Of a stretch of DNA of 64,000 bases, positions 40,655-49,912 are shown piece after piece. The notes beneath the pieces are model-generated. The model saw only the letters and a list, made by a program, of their open reading frames with translations, had not been told where the DNA came from and did not search any database. The stretch is from contig JANOCQ010000319.1 in assembly GCA_031412255.1 (NCBI GenBank), forward strand, positions 2,778-66,777, given 5' to 3'. Position 1 is the stretch's first letter. Every line of letters begins with the position of its first letter. The position numbers and the translations under genes are program-made. This DNA is from Paracoccaceae bacterium. Its GTDB lineage: Bacteria > Pseudomonadota > Alphaproteobacteria > Rhodobacterales > Rhodobacteraceae.

Positions 40655-42018
40655 TGCTGTCCCTGCGCAAACGGGCCTGGATCAGCGGTGGCATTGCGGC
40701 GCTGGTCTCGCTCAGCGTGGGAACGCTGCTGCTGTATTCCTTCCTGAACCAGCGCGTGCTGCAGCGTTTCGACACGGCGCTGGTGGACCGGCACACGCAG
40801 ATCGTGGTCGCCCTGAGTTCGGTGTCCGATGACCCGGCCGTTCTGGGCGAACTGCTGTTTGATCCGGCCTATCAGACACCCTTTTCCGGTCGGTATTGGC
40901 AGGTCACCGGGCCGGACGGGCAGATTTTCGCGTCAGCGTCGCTTCTGGATGCGACATTGCCCGGCCCGCAAAATGCGACCTCTGCGCTGGACATTCTGGA
41001 TGCAGCAAACCCGGAGGTCGAGGAGGTCCGTCTGGCGCAGCAGGTGATCACGCTGGAAGACGGGGGAGCATGGACGGTTGCCGTCGCCGAGAGCCTGACC
41101 GAACTGAACGCCGAACGGCTTGAGACCCGGCGCAGCCTGATCGTTGCCTTCGCCCTCGTGGCGGTGATCGGTCTGGCAAGTGTCCTGGTACAGACTGCAT
41201 CAATCGTGCGCCCGCTGGACCGCCTGCGCCGTGACGTGGCGCAGCGCTGGGACAAGGACGAAGAGCTGAGCGAAGCCGATTATCCCGAGGAAGTCGCTCC
41301 ACTGGTCAGCGACATCAACGCACTTTTGCAGCGCAACCGCGACATCATCAGCCGCTCGCGCAGACAGGCGGCGGATCTTGCTCATGCACTGAAGACACCA
41401 AGTGCGATCCTCCGGAACGAGCTGACACAGTTGGCGGAGGAATCGCATGCCATGGACAAGGCGCTGGACGCACTGGACCGGGTGGACGCCCAGCTTGGCC
41501 GGTCGCTGGCGCGGCTGCGGGCGTCGAGCTCGGGCGAGACGACGCAGGCCAGGACCGATCTCAGCCATTCCATCGACCGCTTCGCCAGGTTGTTCGGGAT
41601 GATGGCGAACCGGGAGGGGAAGCGTCTTCAGGTGGTCTGCGATCCAGGGTTGACGATCCGGATGGATGCGCAGGACATCGAGGAAGTGCTTGGCAACCTC
41701 ATGGACAACGCCCTGAAATGGTGCCGGACGGTACTGTCTCTCACCGCACGGGCGCAGTTAGGCGGGATCGAGATCCTGATCGAGGACGACGGGCCTGGCA
41801 TCCCGGCTTCGGACCGGGCCGAGGCGATGCGGTCCGGAGCGCGGCTTGACACTTCGAAGCCTGGGACGGGGCTGGGGCTGGCCATCGCGAGCGACCTGCT
41901 GCAGGCCTATGGGGCCTCGCTGGCGCTGGAGGAGAGCCCGTCGCTGGGGGGGCTGGCGGTGCGGATCACTCTGCCGCCGCAGCGGGTTCGACCGGCAAAG
42001 GACGCAACCAAGGCCTAG
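40654..42018 (+). CDS. Sensor histidine kinase (QseC/PhoQ-like)
   Basis: Two TMs, DLAHALKTP H-box, GNLMDNALKW, EDDGPGI, GTGLGLAI. TGATG overlap with the RR. Confidence 0.95.
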   Translation: MLSLRKRAWISGGIAALVSLSVGTLLLYSFLNQRVLQRFDTALVDRHTQIVVALSSVSDDPAVLGELLFDPAYQTPFSGRYWQVTGPDGQIFASASLLDATLPGPQNATSALDILDAANPEVEEVRLAQQVITLEDGGAWTVAVAESLTELNAERLETRRSLIVAFALVAVIGLASVLVQTASIVRPLDRLRRDVAQRWDKDEELSEADYPEEVAPLVSDINALLQRNRDIISRSRRQAADLAHALKTPSAILRNELTQLAEESHAMDKALDALDRVDAQLGRSLARLRASSSGETTQARTDLSHSIDRFARLFGMMANREGKRLQVVCDPGLTIRMDAQDIEEVLGNLMDNALKWCRTVLSLTARAQLGGIEILIEDDGPGIPASDRAEAMRSGARLDTSKPGTGLGLAIASDLLQAYGASLALEESPSLGGLAVRITLPPQRVRPAKDATKA

Positions 42019-42058
42019 CGGCGACTAACATGTCCACGGTGGACAGGATATGATCTTA

Positions 42059-42116
42059 CATAGGGATCAATGGCTTGCTTGCTGACGTTAGGGGATTCTT
42101 AAGTCGCTGCCCACGT
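42059..42116. repeat. Possible degenerate family B copy
   Basis: Contains atagggatcaatggcttg and ctgcccacg, the inverse of cgtgggcag. Confidence 0.35.
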
Positions 42117-42134
42117 GCCTTTGACGTCGATCCG

Positions 42135-43379
42135 TTACCCTTTAGGCAGGATCAGGATCGCGCGGAAGTCGTTGACGTTGGTCAACGTGGGGCCGGTCAC
42201 GACCTGTGATCCTGCGCGGGCGAAGTAGCTGTGCGCATCGTTGCGAGCCAGTGCCTCGGCAGCACCCGGGAATTTCAGCGTATCGGGACAAACCAGCGCG
42301 CCGGCAACCTCGGCCGCGCCGTCTACACCGTCGGTGTCACAGGCGATCGCGTGAATCTGGCTGTGGCCGTCCAGCGCGATGGCGAGGGCCAGGCAGAACT
42401 CGGCATTCGGCCCCCCTACCCCGTCGCCGGTGCGGGTCACGGTCAGCTCTCCGCCTGACAGAAGAAGGATCGGTCTGTCACCTGGCTTGATGCTGGCGGC
42501 AAGGCCTATCGCCATCGCGGCCTGTTCCCGAGCGACAGCGCGGGCCTCTCCCTCAAGCCTGTCGCCCAGAGTACGGACCTCTGCCACAGGAGCGGCCAGG
42601 TCGGCAGCGGCCGCGAGAGATTGGGCAGGAGCGGCGTAGATGATGTTTTCGGTCCGTGACAGACGAGGGTCGCCGGGGGGGACCACGCCCGACCGGGCAA
42701 GCGCTGCGCGGGCCGCTTCCGGAACCGGGATGTTCCAGCGGTCAAGGATTCCCCGGACTTCGTCGGCGGTGGTCACGTCGCCGACCGTGGGACCGGAGCC
42801 GATGAAGGCCGGATCGTCACCAGGCACATCCGAGATCATCAACGCCAGCATCCTTGCCGGATAGGCGGCGGCGGCAAGCTGGCCACCCTTCACGCGGCTG
42901 AGATGCTTTCGCACGGTATTCATGGCAAGGATCGGGGCGCCCGATGCCAGAAGTGCCGCATTGATCTGCTGCTTCTCCGCCAGCGTCATGCCGTCCGCCG
43001 GGGCGCAAAGGAGTGCCGATGCTCCACCGGAAATCAGTGCAAGGACAGTATCGTCCTTGGAAAGGCCCGCGACGAGGTCCAGCATCCGGGCAGTGGCATC
43101 GACTCCGGCCTGGTCGGGCACGGGATGGGCGGCCTCCACGATCTTGATCCCACGGCAGGGGCGGCCATAGCCGTATCGGGTGATGACAAGTCCGTCGCAC
43201 GGCCCCCATGCGACCTCGACAGCTTCGGCCATCCGGGCCGAGGCCTTTCCCGCGCCGATGACCAGCAGGCGACCCTTGGGCTTTTCGGGCAAGAAACGCG
43301 CGAGGGAGCGCATCGGGTCGGCGACCTCGACCGCACGGTCGAAGAGCTGGCGGAGGAACGTGGCAGGATCTGGAATCAT
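42135..43379 (-). CDS. Glycerate 2-kinase (MOFRL/TtuD family)
   Basis: IGAGKASA, LISGGASAL, NTVRKHLSRVKGG, SDVPGDD, SGGELTV, DTDGVDG, TGPTLTNVNDFR. Confidence 0.9.
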   Translation of the reverse strand: MIPDPATFLRQLFDRAVEVADPMRSLARFLPEKPKGRLLVIGAGKASARMAEAVEVAWGPCDGLVITRYGYGRPCRGIKIVEAAHPVPDQAGVDATARMLDLVAGLSKDDTVLALISGGASALLCAPADGMTLAEKQQINAALLASGAPILAMNTVRKHLSRVKGGQLAAAAYPARMLALMISDVPGDDPAFIGSGPTVGDVTTADEVRGILDRWNIPVPEAARAALARSGVVPPGDPRLSRTENIIYAAPAQSLAAAADLAAPVAEVRTLGDRLEGEARAVAREQAAMAIGLAASIKPGDRPILLLSGGELTVTRTGDGVGGPNAEFCLALAIALDGHSQIHAIACDTDGVDGAAEVAGALVCPDTLKFPGAAEALARNDAHSYFARAGSQVVTGPTLTNVNDFRAILILPKG

Positions 43380-44377
43380 CAGCCTTGGCTCGACGCGCGG
43401 AGGATCAATGTCACGGGTGTAACGGTTTCCGGCGGCGGGCGGTGGGCATTTTCCAACCAGTTCAGCACCGTTTCCGCCATCTGACGCCCGAAACCTGCGA
43501 TATCGCAGCGAACCGACGAGAGGGCGGGGAAAACCTGAGCGCAGTCTTCGATGTCATCGAAGCCGACGATTTTCAACGCGGTTCCGACAGGGCGGCCAAG
43601 TTCGGTGCAGCCGGTCAGAAGCCCAAGCGCGGTGAGGTCGTTGAAACATAGGACCGCATCGACAGAGGGCTGTTCCTGCAAGAGCCAGCGTGCCGCCTCG
43701 CGTCCGAAGGCGCGGCCGGGTCGGCCGGGAAGGTGCAAAGGTTCAAGCCCGCCGGCGGCCAGCGTGGCGAGGTAACCGGACATGCGCAGTTGCGTGACGG
43801 CCCGGCCCTCCAGCCCGCCGACAAAGGCAATCCGGGACGCGCCCTGGGCCAGAAGGTGTTCCGTGGCGAGGCGGCTGCCGGTCGAATAATCCGGCGCTGC
43901 GAAGGGAACGCGGGCGGTGTCGACGACCTGGCGCAGAACCTGCAATGCCGGGACATTCGCCCGGATGATTGCATCGAAGGCGGCTTCGTCCCCATAGGCG
44001 GGCGAGACGATCAGGGCCGAGACGCCATGTTCCAGCATCGCGCCGATGACCTGGGCCTGTAGGGTTGGGTTCTCATCCGTGTTGCCAAGCACCGTCGCAT
44101 AGCCGCGAGCCGAAAGGGCCATTTGCAGCGAAGTGGCGAATTCGGTGAAGAAGGGGTTTCGAAGGTCGTTGATGACGACGCCGATCAGCCCCGCATTGGC
44201 CGAACGCAGGTTTGCCGCTGCGCGGTTGTAGACGTAGCCGAGCTGCGCCATGGCGCGGCGGACATCCTCGCGCGTTTCCTGTTTCACCAGCGGGCTTTGC
44301 TGCAGGACCAGACTGACGGTGGACTTGGATACCCCCGCCAAGGTCGCCACGTCGATGATCGTCGGCCGTTTGTCCAT
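43379..44377 (-). CDS. LacI-family transcriptional regulator
   Basis: TIIDVATLAGVSKSTVSLVL, YVYNRAAANLR, CFND, VGFDD. Confidence 0.95.
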   Translation of the reverse strand: MDKRPTIIDVATLAGVSKSTVSLVLQQSPLVKQETREDVRRAMAQLGYVYNRAAANLRSANAGLIGVVINDLRNPFFTEFATSLQMALSARGYATVLGNTDENPTLQAQVIGAMLEHGVSALIVSPAYGDEAAFDAIIRANVPALQVLRQVVDTARVPFAAPDYSTGSRLATEHLLAQGASRIAFVGGLEGRAVTQLRMSGYLATLAAGGLEPLHLPGRPGRAFGREAARWLLQEQPSVDAVLCFNDLTALGLLTGCTELGRPVGTALKIVGFDDIEDCAQVFPALSSVRCDIAGFGRQMAETVLNWLENAHRPPPETVTPVTLILRASSQG

Positions 44378-44383
44378 GGCACC

Positions 44384-45547
44384 TTACGTCTGATCGATCC
44401 CGTAGAGGGAGAGAAGCGTCCGCATCCGCGCTTCTGCCAGATCGGGACGGGAAAGCAAGCCTGCCTGGTCGGCCAGGCGGAAGACCTGAGCGTAATGGGT
44501 TATGTCGCGCGAGGATTGGAAGCCTGCGGGCATGATGAAGTGGGACTGGTGGCCGTTCAGCCAGGAAAGGAACGCGATGCCGGCTTTGTAAAAGCGCGTG
44601 GGGGCGCGGAAGATTTCGCGGCTGAGGGGGACGGTGGGGGCGAGGAGGCGGTGGTAGGTTTGATGGTCGTTCAGGGCGAGGGCTTCGAGGGCCTGGGCGG
44701 CGGCGGGGGCGATGGCGGCGAAGATGCCGAGGAGAGCGTGGGAGAAGTGGGTGCCGTCGCCCTCGATCAGGGGGGCGTAGTTGAAGTCGTCGCCGGTGTA
44801 GAGGCGGACCCCTGCGGGGAGGCGGGCGCGGAAGGCTTCCTCGTGCGCCTGGTCGAGGAGCGAGATCTTGATGCCGTCGACCTTCTGCGGGTTCTCGGCG
44901 ATGAGGGAGAGAACGAAGTCGGAGGCGCGTGCGACGTCGGTGGAGCCCCAGTAGCCAGTGAGCATGGGGTCGAACATCGGGCCGAGCCAGTGCAGGATGA
45001 CCGGGTCTTTGGCTTGGTCGATCAAGCGGCGGTAGACGTGGTGGTAGGTGTCTTCGGTGGCGTTCAGCGCGGTGAAGGCGCGGGAGGCCATCAGGATGAG
45101 CTGGCCTCCGGCGGCCTCGATGGCCTCGGCTTGCAGGGTGTAGGCGGCGAGGATGGCGTCGGCGGTGGTGAGGTTCTGCGCGTGGTCGGTCCCGGCCCCG
45201 CAGGCGACACGGGGGCGCATCGGGTGGGCCTTGGCGGCGCTCATTGTGCGCTGGATCAGTTCCAGCGCCGTCGGCCAGTCGACGCCCATGCCGCGTTGGG
45301 CGGTGTCCATCGCCTCGGCGAGGTGGAGGCCCTGGTCCCAGAGCTGTTGGCGGAAAGCCAGGGTGGCGTCCCAGTCGACGGCGGGTCTGGTGTCCCAGGG
45401 GGACCGTTCCCGCAAGGGGTCGGAGACGACGTGGGCGGCGGCAAAGGCGGTTCTGGTGAGGGGTATGCGGGGAGCGCGGGGGACGAGGGGGGTGCCGGTG
45501 AGGCGGTAGGGTTCCAGGCGCGCGTCGGCGGTGGGGAGGGTCAGCAT
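44384..45547 (-). CDS. DUF993 / DHDPS-like class I aldolase-fold protein
   Basis: AFAAAHVV, AEAMDTAQRGMG, GIKISLLD, LYTGDDFNY, HALLGIF. Confidence 0.75.
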   Translation of the reverse strand: MLTLPTADARLEPYRLTGTPLVPRAPRIPLTRTAFAAAHVVSDPLRERSPWDTRPAVDWDATLAFRQQLWDQGLHLAEAMDTAQRGMGVDWPTALELIQRTMSAAKAHPMRPRVACGAGTDHAQNLTTADAILAAYTLQAEAIEAAGGQLILMASRAFTALNATEDTYHHVYRRLIDQAKDPVILHWLGPMFDPMLTGYWGSTDVARASDFVLSLIAENPQKVDGIKISLLDQAHEEAFRARLPAGVRLYTGDDFNYAPLIEGDGTHFSHALLGIFAAIAPAAAQALEALALNDHQTYHRLLAPTVPLSREIFRAPTRFYKAGIAFLSWLNGHQSHFIMPAGFQSSRDITHYAQVFRLADQAGLLSRPDLAEARMRTLLSLYGIDQT

Positions 45548-45643
45548 CGGGTTGCCTTCCGGGCGGGTGTTGAATGGAGCGCTGGCGCGCGAGGCTTTTG
45601 TCTCGCCTTTTGCGCGTGAAGAACGCGCAACGGCTCGGACGTT

Positions 45644-45693
45644 CGGGGCGCTTCGCCCTCCAAACCCCCAGAGGATATTTGGGGACATGAAAT
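45644..45693 (+). repeat. Dispersed repeat family C
   Basis: ggggcgcttcgccctccaaacccccagaggatatttggggacatgaaat, preceded by the hairpin ttgcgcgt-gaaga-acgcgcaa. Confidence 0.5.
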
Positions 45694-45695
45694 GG

Positions 45696-46001
45696 TCATG
45701 CGATCGGAAGGTCGAAGACGAGGATGCCGTCGATCCCGCCTTGGGCTGCGGCGACAAGGGCAGCGCCGGCGCGTTTGTGGTCAGGGTGGGCCTGGTAGGT
45801 TGCGAGGGCGTTCCAGTCGGCGAAGTCGATGGTGAAGCCGTGCATGTAGCCGCGTTCGATCTGTTCGGGGCTTTCCGAGCGGCCGGAGTGGATGGCGAGG
45901 ATGCCGGGGAGTTCGAGGCTGTGGAGGTCGGCGAAGATGGACTGGATGTGGGTCTCGGTGACCTCGGGGCGGGCTTTGAGGAGGACGATGTGGCGGATCA
46001 T
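45696..46001 (-). CDS. Dabb (stress-responsive A/B barrel) protein
   Basis: MIRHIVLLK, HGFTIDF, YQAHPDH. ATGA overlap with the GMC gene. Confidence 0.88.
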   Translation of the reverse strand: MIRHIVLLKARPEVTETHIQSIFADLHSLELPGILAIHSGRSESPEQIERGYMHGFTIDFADWNALATYQAHPDHKRAGAALVAAAQGGIDGILVFDLPIA

Positions 46002-47572
46002 TTCTGGGCGTCCTTGATGAGGTCGGCGGCTTTTTCGGCGATCATGATGGTGGCGGCGTTGGTGTTCGAGGAGACAACGGTGGGCATGATCGAGGCATCG
46101 ACGACGCGGAGGGCGTCGATCCCGTTGAAGCGCAGGTGGGGGTCGACGACGGCCTCCAGGTCCGCGCCCATGCGGCAGGTGCCTGCGGGGTGGTGGTCGG
46201 TCTTGGCGTTCTTGATGGCGTAGTCGAAGTAGTCCTGATCGGTCTTGACGTCCGGGCCCGGGAGGCGCTCGGCGAGGACGAAGGGTTTCAGGGCGGGTTG
46301 GCGCATGATTTCCTGCGCGAGTTTGAGGCCCTTGATCGACATTTCGCGGTCGTAGGGGTCTTCCCAGTAGTTCGGGTCGATCAGCGGGGCGGCTTTCGGG
46401 TCCGCGCTGGCGAGGCGGACGGTGCCTCGGCTGCGGGGCCTCAGGAAGGCGGAGTTCAGGGTGACGCCGCCTTGCGGCATGGCGGCGACCCCGGCCTCGA
46501 TCCCGGAGCCGAGACCGAGGTGGAACTGGATGTCGGGGCTGCGGGCGGAGGGGTCGGCGTACCAGAAGCCCCCCGTCTCGAAGAGGGAGGAGGCGACGGG
46601 ACCTTTGCGGGTCAGGAGGTATTGGAGGCCTGCGAGGGCGGACCAATGCGGCTTGGCGTAGCGGTCGTAGGTGTGCGGGCCGGTGCATTCGGCGATGACG
46701 AAAAGGTCGAGGTGGTCCTGCAGGTTCGCGCCGACCTGCGGGCGGTCGAGGATGACGGGGATGCAGAGGCGTTGGAGGTCGTCGGCGGGGCCGATGCCGG
46801 AGAGTTGCAGAAGGCGGGGGGAGCCGATGGCTCCTGACGACAGGATGACTTCGGCGCTGGCGCGGTGGGTGGTTTCCGTGGTCTGGACGCCGACCGCCCT
46901 GCCCTTTTTGACGACGATCCGCAGGACCTGCTGGCTGGTTTTCACAGTGAGGTTCGGGCGGTTCAGGGCGGGTTTCAGGAAGGCGGTGGAGGTGGAAGAC
47001 CTGCGATACCAGCGCTGGGTCAGCTGGTAGTAGCCGAGCCCGTCTTGCGACTCTCCGGTGAAGTCGCGGTTGCGGGGGATGCCGATTTCGGACCCGGCGG
47101 CGAAGAAGGCCTCGCAGATCGGCAGGGGGGCGCGGGGCTGGCTGACGCCGAGGGGGCCATCTTTGCCGTGGTAACGGTTGTCGAAGCTGTCGTTGTGTTC
47201 GGACTTGCGGAAGTAGGGCAGCACGTCCTCATACCCCCAGCCGGGGCAGCCCATCTGGCGCCAGTCGTCGTAGTCCTGGGCGTTGCCCCGGGTGTAAAGC
47301 TGGGCGTTGATCGACGAGCCGCCGCCGATCACCTTGGCCTGCGTGTAGCGGATCTGCATGCCCTTCATGTGGCGCTGGGGGACGGTCTGCCAGCCCCAGG
47401 ACCCGATGCCCTTGGTCATCTTCGCGAAGCCTGCGGGGAGGTGGTAGAACGGGTGGCGGTCGCGGCCCCCGGCCTCCAGCAGAAGGACCTTTGCGGCGGG
47501 GTTTTCCGTCAGGCGGGCGGCGAGGACGCAACCGGCAGAGCCGCCGCCGATTATGATGTAGTCGTAGGTCAT
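45998..47572 (-). CDS. GMC oxidoreductase (choline/sorbose dehydrogenase-like)
   Basis: IIGGGSAGCVLA, KVIGGGSSINAQ, VGANLQDH, HHPAGTCRMG, VVDASIMP..SSNTNA. Confidence 0.92.
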   Translation of the reverse strand: MTYDYIIIGGGSAGCVLAARLTENPAAKVLLLEAGGRDRHPFYHLPAGFAKMTKGIGSWGWQTVPQRHMKGMQIRYTQAKVIGGGSSINAQLYTRGNAQDYDDWRQMGCPGWGYEDVLPYFRKSEHNDSFDNRYHGKDGPLGVSQPRAPLPICEAFFAAGSEIGIPRNRDFTGESQDGLGYYQLTQRWYRRSSTSTAFLKPALNRPNLTVKTSQQVLRIVVKKGRAVGVQTTETTHRASAEVILSSGAIGSPRLLQLSGIGPADDLQRLCIPVILDRPQVGANLQDHLDLFVIAECTGPHTYDRYAKPHWSALAGLQYLLTRKGPVASSLFETGGFWYADPSARSPDIQFHLGLGSGIEAGVAAMPQGGVTLNSAFLRPRSRGTVRLASADPKAAPLIDPNYWEDPYDREMSIKGLKLAQEIMRQPALKPFVLAERLPGPDVKTDQDYFDYAIKNAKTDHHPAGTCRMGADLEAVVDPHLRFNGIDALRVVDASIMPTVVSSNTNAATIMIAEKAADLIKDAQK

Positions 47573-47597
47573 TTCAGAGCCTCGGTGCGGCCGGGGA

Positions 47598-47643
47598 CCG
47601 GAGTTTTCGAAAACTCCGGGCAAAAGTACTCGAAAATTTTTGC
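47598..47643. repeat. Family A stacked palindromes, copy 2
   Basis: Perfect ccggagttttcgaaaactccgg plus degenerate gcaaaagtactcgaaaatttttgc. Confidence 0.85.
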
Positions 47644-47668
47644 GGTGCGCGGGGGGAAGAGGTCATTG

Positions 47669-48427
47669 CTACAGCCTTTCGATCGACAGACCGCCGTCGA
47701 CGGGGATCACCGCGCCGGTGGCGAAGGCCATCTGGCCGGTGACGAGGGGGATCACGGCCTGGCCGATGTCGGAGGGCTGGCCCCAGCGACCGGCGGGCAC
47801 AAGGCCACCGGCGATGCGGGCGTCGTATTTGTCTTTGACGCCTGCGGTCATGCCGGTCTCGATGATGCCAGGGCGCAGCTCGAAGACGCCGATGTTGTGC
47901 GGGGCAAGGCGGAGCGCGAGGGTCTGAGCGGCCATCGCGGCGGCGGCTTTTGAGATGCAATAGTCGGCGCGTTCGGGGCTGGCCATCTGGGCCGAGACGG
48001 AGGTGACGAAGGTGAGGGAGCGGTAGTGCTCGGCTGGGGTGGCGAGCATCCGTTGCGCGACTTGTTGAGCCAAAAAGAAGGCCCCGCGCAGGTTGATGCC
48101 GATGATCCAGTCGAAGTTTTCGGGCGTGATGTCGAGCATGTCGCCCCGGACCTTCGCGGCGACACCGGCGTTCTGGATCAGGGCGTCGAGGGGGCCTTGC
48201 TGGGCTTCGATAGCGTCGATGAGCGCGGGGATGGCGGCCACGTTCGAGAGGTCGTGACGGTAGTAGCGGGCGTCGGGACCGAGGGTTTTGAGGGCCGTCT
48301 GGACGGAGGCGTCTTCGGGCGCGGAGCGGGAGGCGATGGCGAGGCGGAAGCCTTGGGCGGCCAAGGCCTGAGCGATGCCGAGGCCGATGCCTTGCTGGCC
48401 GCCGGTGATGAGCGCGAGGGGTTTCAT
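47669..48427 (-). CDS. Short-chain dehydrogenase/reductase
   Basis: TGGQQGIG, NAGV, YCISK, PGIIETGM. Confidence 0.92.
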   Translation of the reverse strand: MKPLALITGGQQGIGLGIAQALAAQGFRLAIASRSAPEDASVQTALKTLGPDARYYRHDLSNVAAIPALIDAIEAQQGPLDALIQNAGVAAKVRGDMLDITPENFDWIIGINLRGAFFLAQQVAQRMLATPAEHYRSLTFVTSVSAQMASPERADYCISKAAAAMAAQTLALRLAPHNIGVFELRPGIIETGMTAGVKDKYDARIAGGLVPAGRWGQPSDIGQAVIPLVTGQMAFATGAVIPVDGGLSIERL

Positions 48428-49911
48428 GGCAGGGCTTTCGCGATGTGGTCGCCGGCGCGGAGAGCGAGGGCTGCGATGGTGAGCGAGGGGTTCACGGCGG
48501 CGGAGGTGGGCAGGACCGAGGCGTCGCAGATGTATAGGTTGTCGAGGTCGTAGGCCTTGAGGTTCGGGTCCACGACCGAGGTCTGCGGGTCCGCGCCCAT
48601 GCGGTTGGTGCCGCATTGGTGGGAGGGTTTGGATTTGGGGAAACCGCGGGCCAGGGTGATGGGCCAGCCTGCTTTCCGCATCGCCTGTTTCAGGCGCTGG
48701 ACGAGGAGGTCGTGGGCTTTCGTGTTCGTCTTCTTCCAGTCGAGCACGACCTCGCCGTTGCGCCAGAACACGCGGGAGTTGGGGTCGGGCAGGTCCTCGG
48801 ACATCGCCATGATGTGGATGGAGTGGTCGGCTAGGTGATGGGAGAGCCAGAGCGGCAGACCGGATTCGCCCGCGAGGATCGGACCGGTGATGCGGCCGAG
48901 CATCTGGATGTTGCCGAGGGGTTCGCCGCGCGGGCCGCCGGTCAGGTAGAAGTCATTGATCTGGATGGTCTTTTCGTAGGTCGTCCGGTTCCGGTGGAAG
49001 GGGTTGTAAGCGACCAGGCCGGTGAGGTTGTGGTTCATGAAGTTGCGGCCGACCTGGTCGGAGCGGTTGGCGAGGCCGGTCGGATGGTCGTCGTTGGCAC
49101 TGGCGAGGAGGAGGGCGGAGGAGAGGATAGCGCCTGCGGCGAGGACGACGGTGGGGGCGGTGAGGGTTTCGCGGGTGCCGTTGCAGTCGACCTCGACCCC
49201 GGTGATGCGGCGGGCGTCGGAGAGGAGGCGGGTGACTTTGGTGTTGGTCTGGAGGGTGACGTTGGGGTGCTTCAGCGCCTCGGCCAGGGCGCAGGATTCG
49301 GCGTCGGATTTGGCTCCGGTGGTGCAGGGGAAGGCGTCCCAGCCGGTCTTTGCGCGTTTCAGCCAGGCGTTGATGTCGACGCCCAGAGGTAGCGCGGAGA
49401 CGTGGAGGCCCTGGGCCTGGAACGCGGCGCGGAGGCGTTGGATGTCAGGCTCGTCGGGGACGGGCGGGAAGGGATAGGGGGCGGAGTGCGGCGGCTCGGT
49501 CGGGTCGTTCGCGACGTCGCCCCGGACGCGGTAGAGTGTTTCGGCGCGCGAGTAGAAGGGTTCGAGGTCAGCGTAGGTGATTGGCCAGCCGGGGGTGGTG
49601 CCTTCGATATGGGCAAGGGGGGCGAAATCCTCGGCCCGGTAGCGCAGGAGGACGGCGCCGTAGAACTTGGTGTTGCCGCCGACATAGGCGTAGTTGCCGG
49701 GGTGCAGGGGCGCGCCGGAGATGTCGCGCCAGGTCTCGTTCGGCTTGAAGTGGCCGCGCTGGAAGATGGCGGCGGGGTCGCGCGCCTCGGGCGAGTCCTT
49801 CAGGTGCTCGCCGCGTTCGAGGATCAGGATGCGGCGGCCGGTGGGCGCTAGGGCTGCGGCGAGGGTGGCGCCTCCCATGCCCGAACCGATGATGATGATG
49901 TCAGGCTGCAT
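48424..49911 (-). CDS. GMC-family flavoprotein (gluconate 2-dehydrogenase large-subunit-like)
   Basis: IIGSGMGG, VGGNTKFYGA, VGRNFMNH, HQCGTNRMG, DASVLPTSAAVNPSLTI. Confidence 0.88.
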   Translation of the reverse strand: MQPDIIIIGSGMGGATLAAALAPTGRRILILERGEHLKDSPEARDPAAIFQRGHFKPNETWRDISGAPLHPGNYAYVGGNTKFYGAVLLRYRAEDFAPLAHIEGTTPGWPITYADLEPFYSRAETLYRVRGDVANDPTEPPHSAPYPFPPVPDEPDIQRLRAAFQAQGLHVSALPLGVDINAWLKRAKTGWDAFPCTTGAKSDAESCALAEALKHPNVTLQTNTKVTRLLSDARRITGVEVDCNGTRETLTAPTVVLAAGAILSSALLLASANDDHPTGLANRSDQVGRNFMNHNLTGLVAYNPFHRNRTTYEKTIQINDFYLTGGPRGEPLGNIQMLGRITGPILAGESGLPLWLSHHLADHSIHIMAMSEDLPDPNSRVFWRNGEVVLDWKKTNTKAHDLLVQRLKQAMRKAGWPITLARGFPKSKPSHQCGTNRMGADPQTSVVDPNLKAYDLDNLYICDASVLPTSAAVNPSLTIAALALRAGDHIAKALP

Positions 49912-49912
49912 T

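Noticed and set aside
37500-42130. Genomic island integrated at the dusA 5' end (dusA-associated integrase type)
   Set aside because: No integrase is present and no duplicated dusA 5' segment was found by eye.
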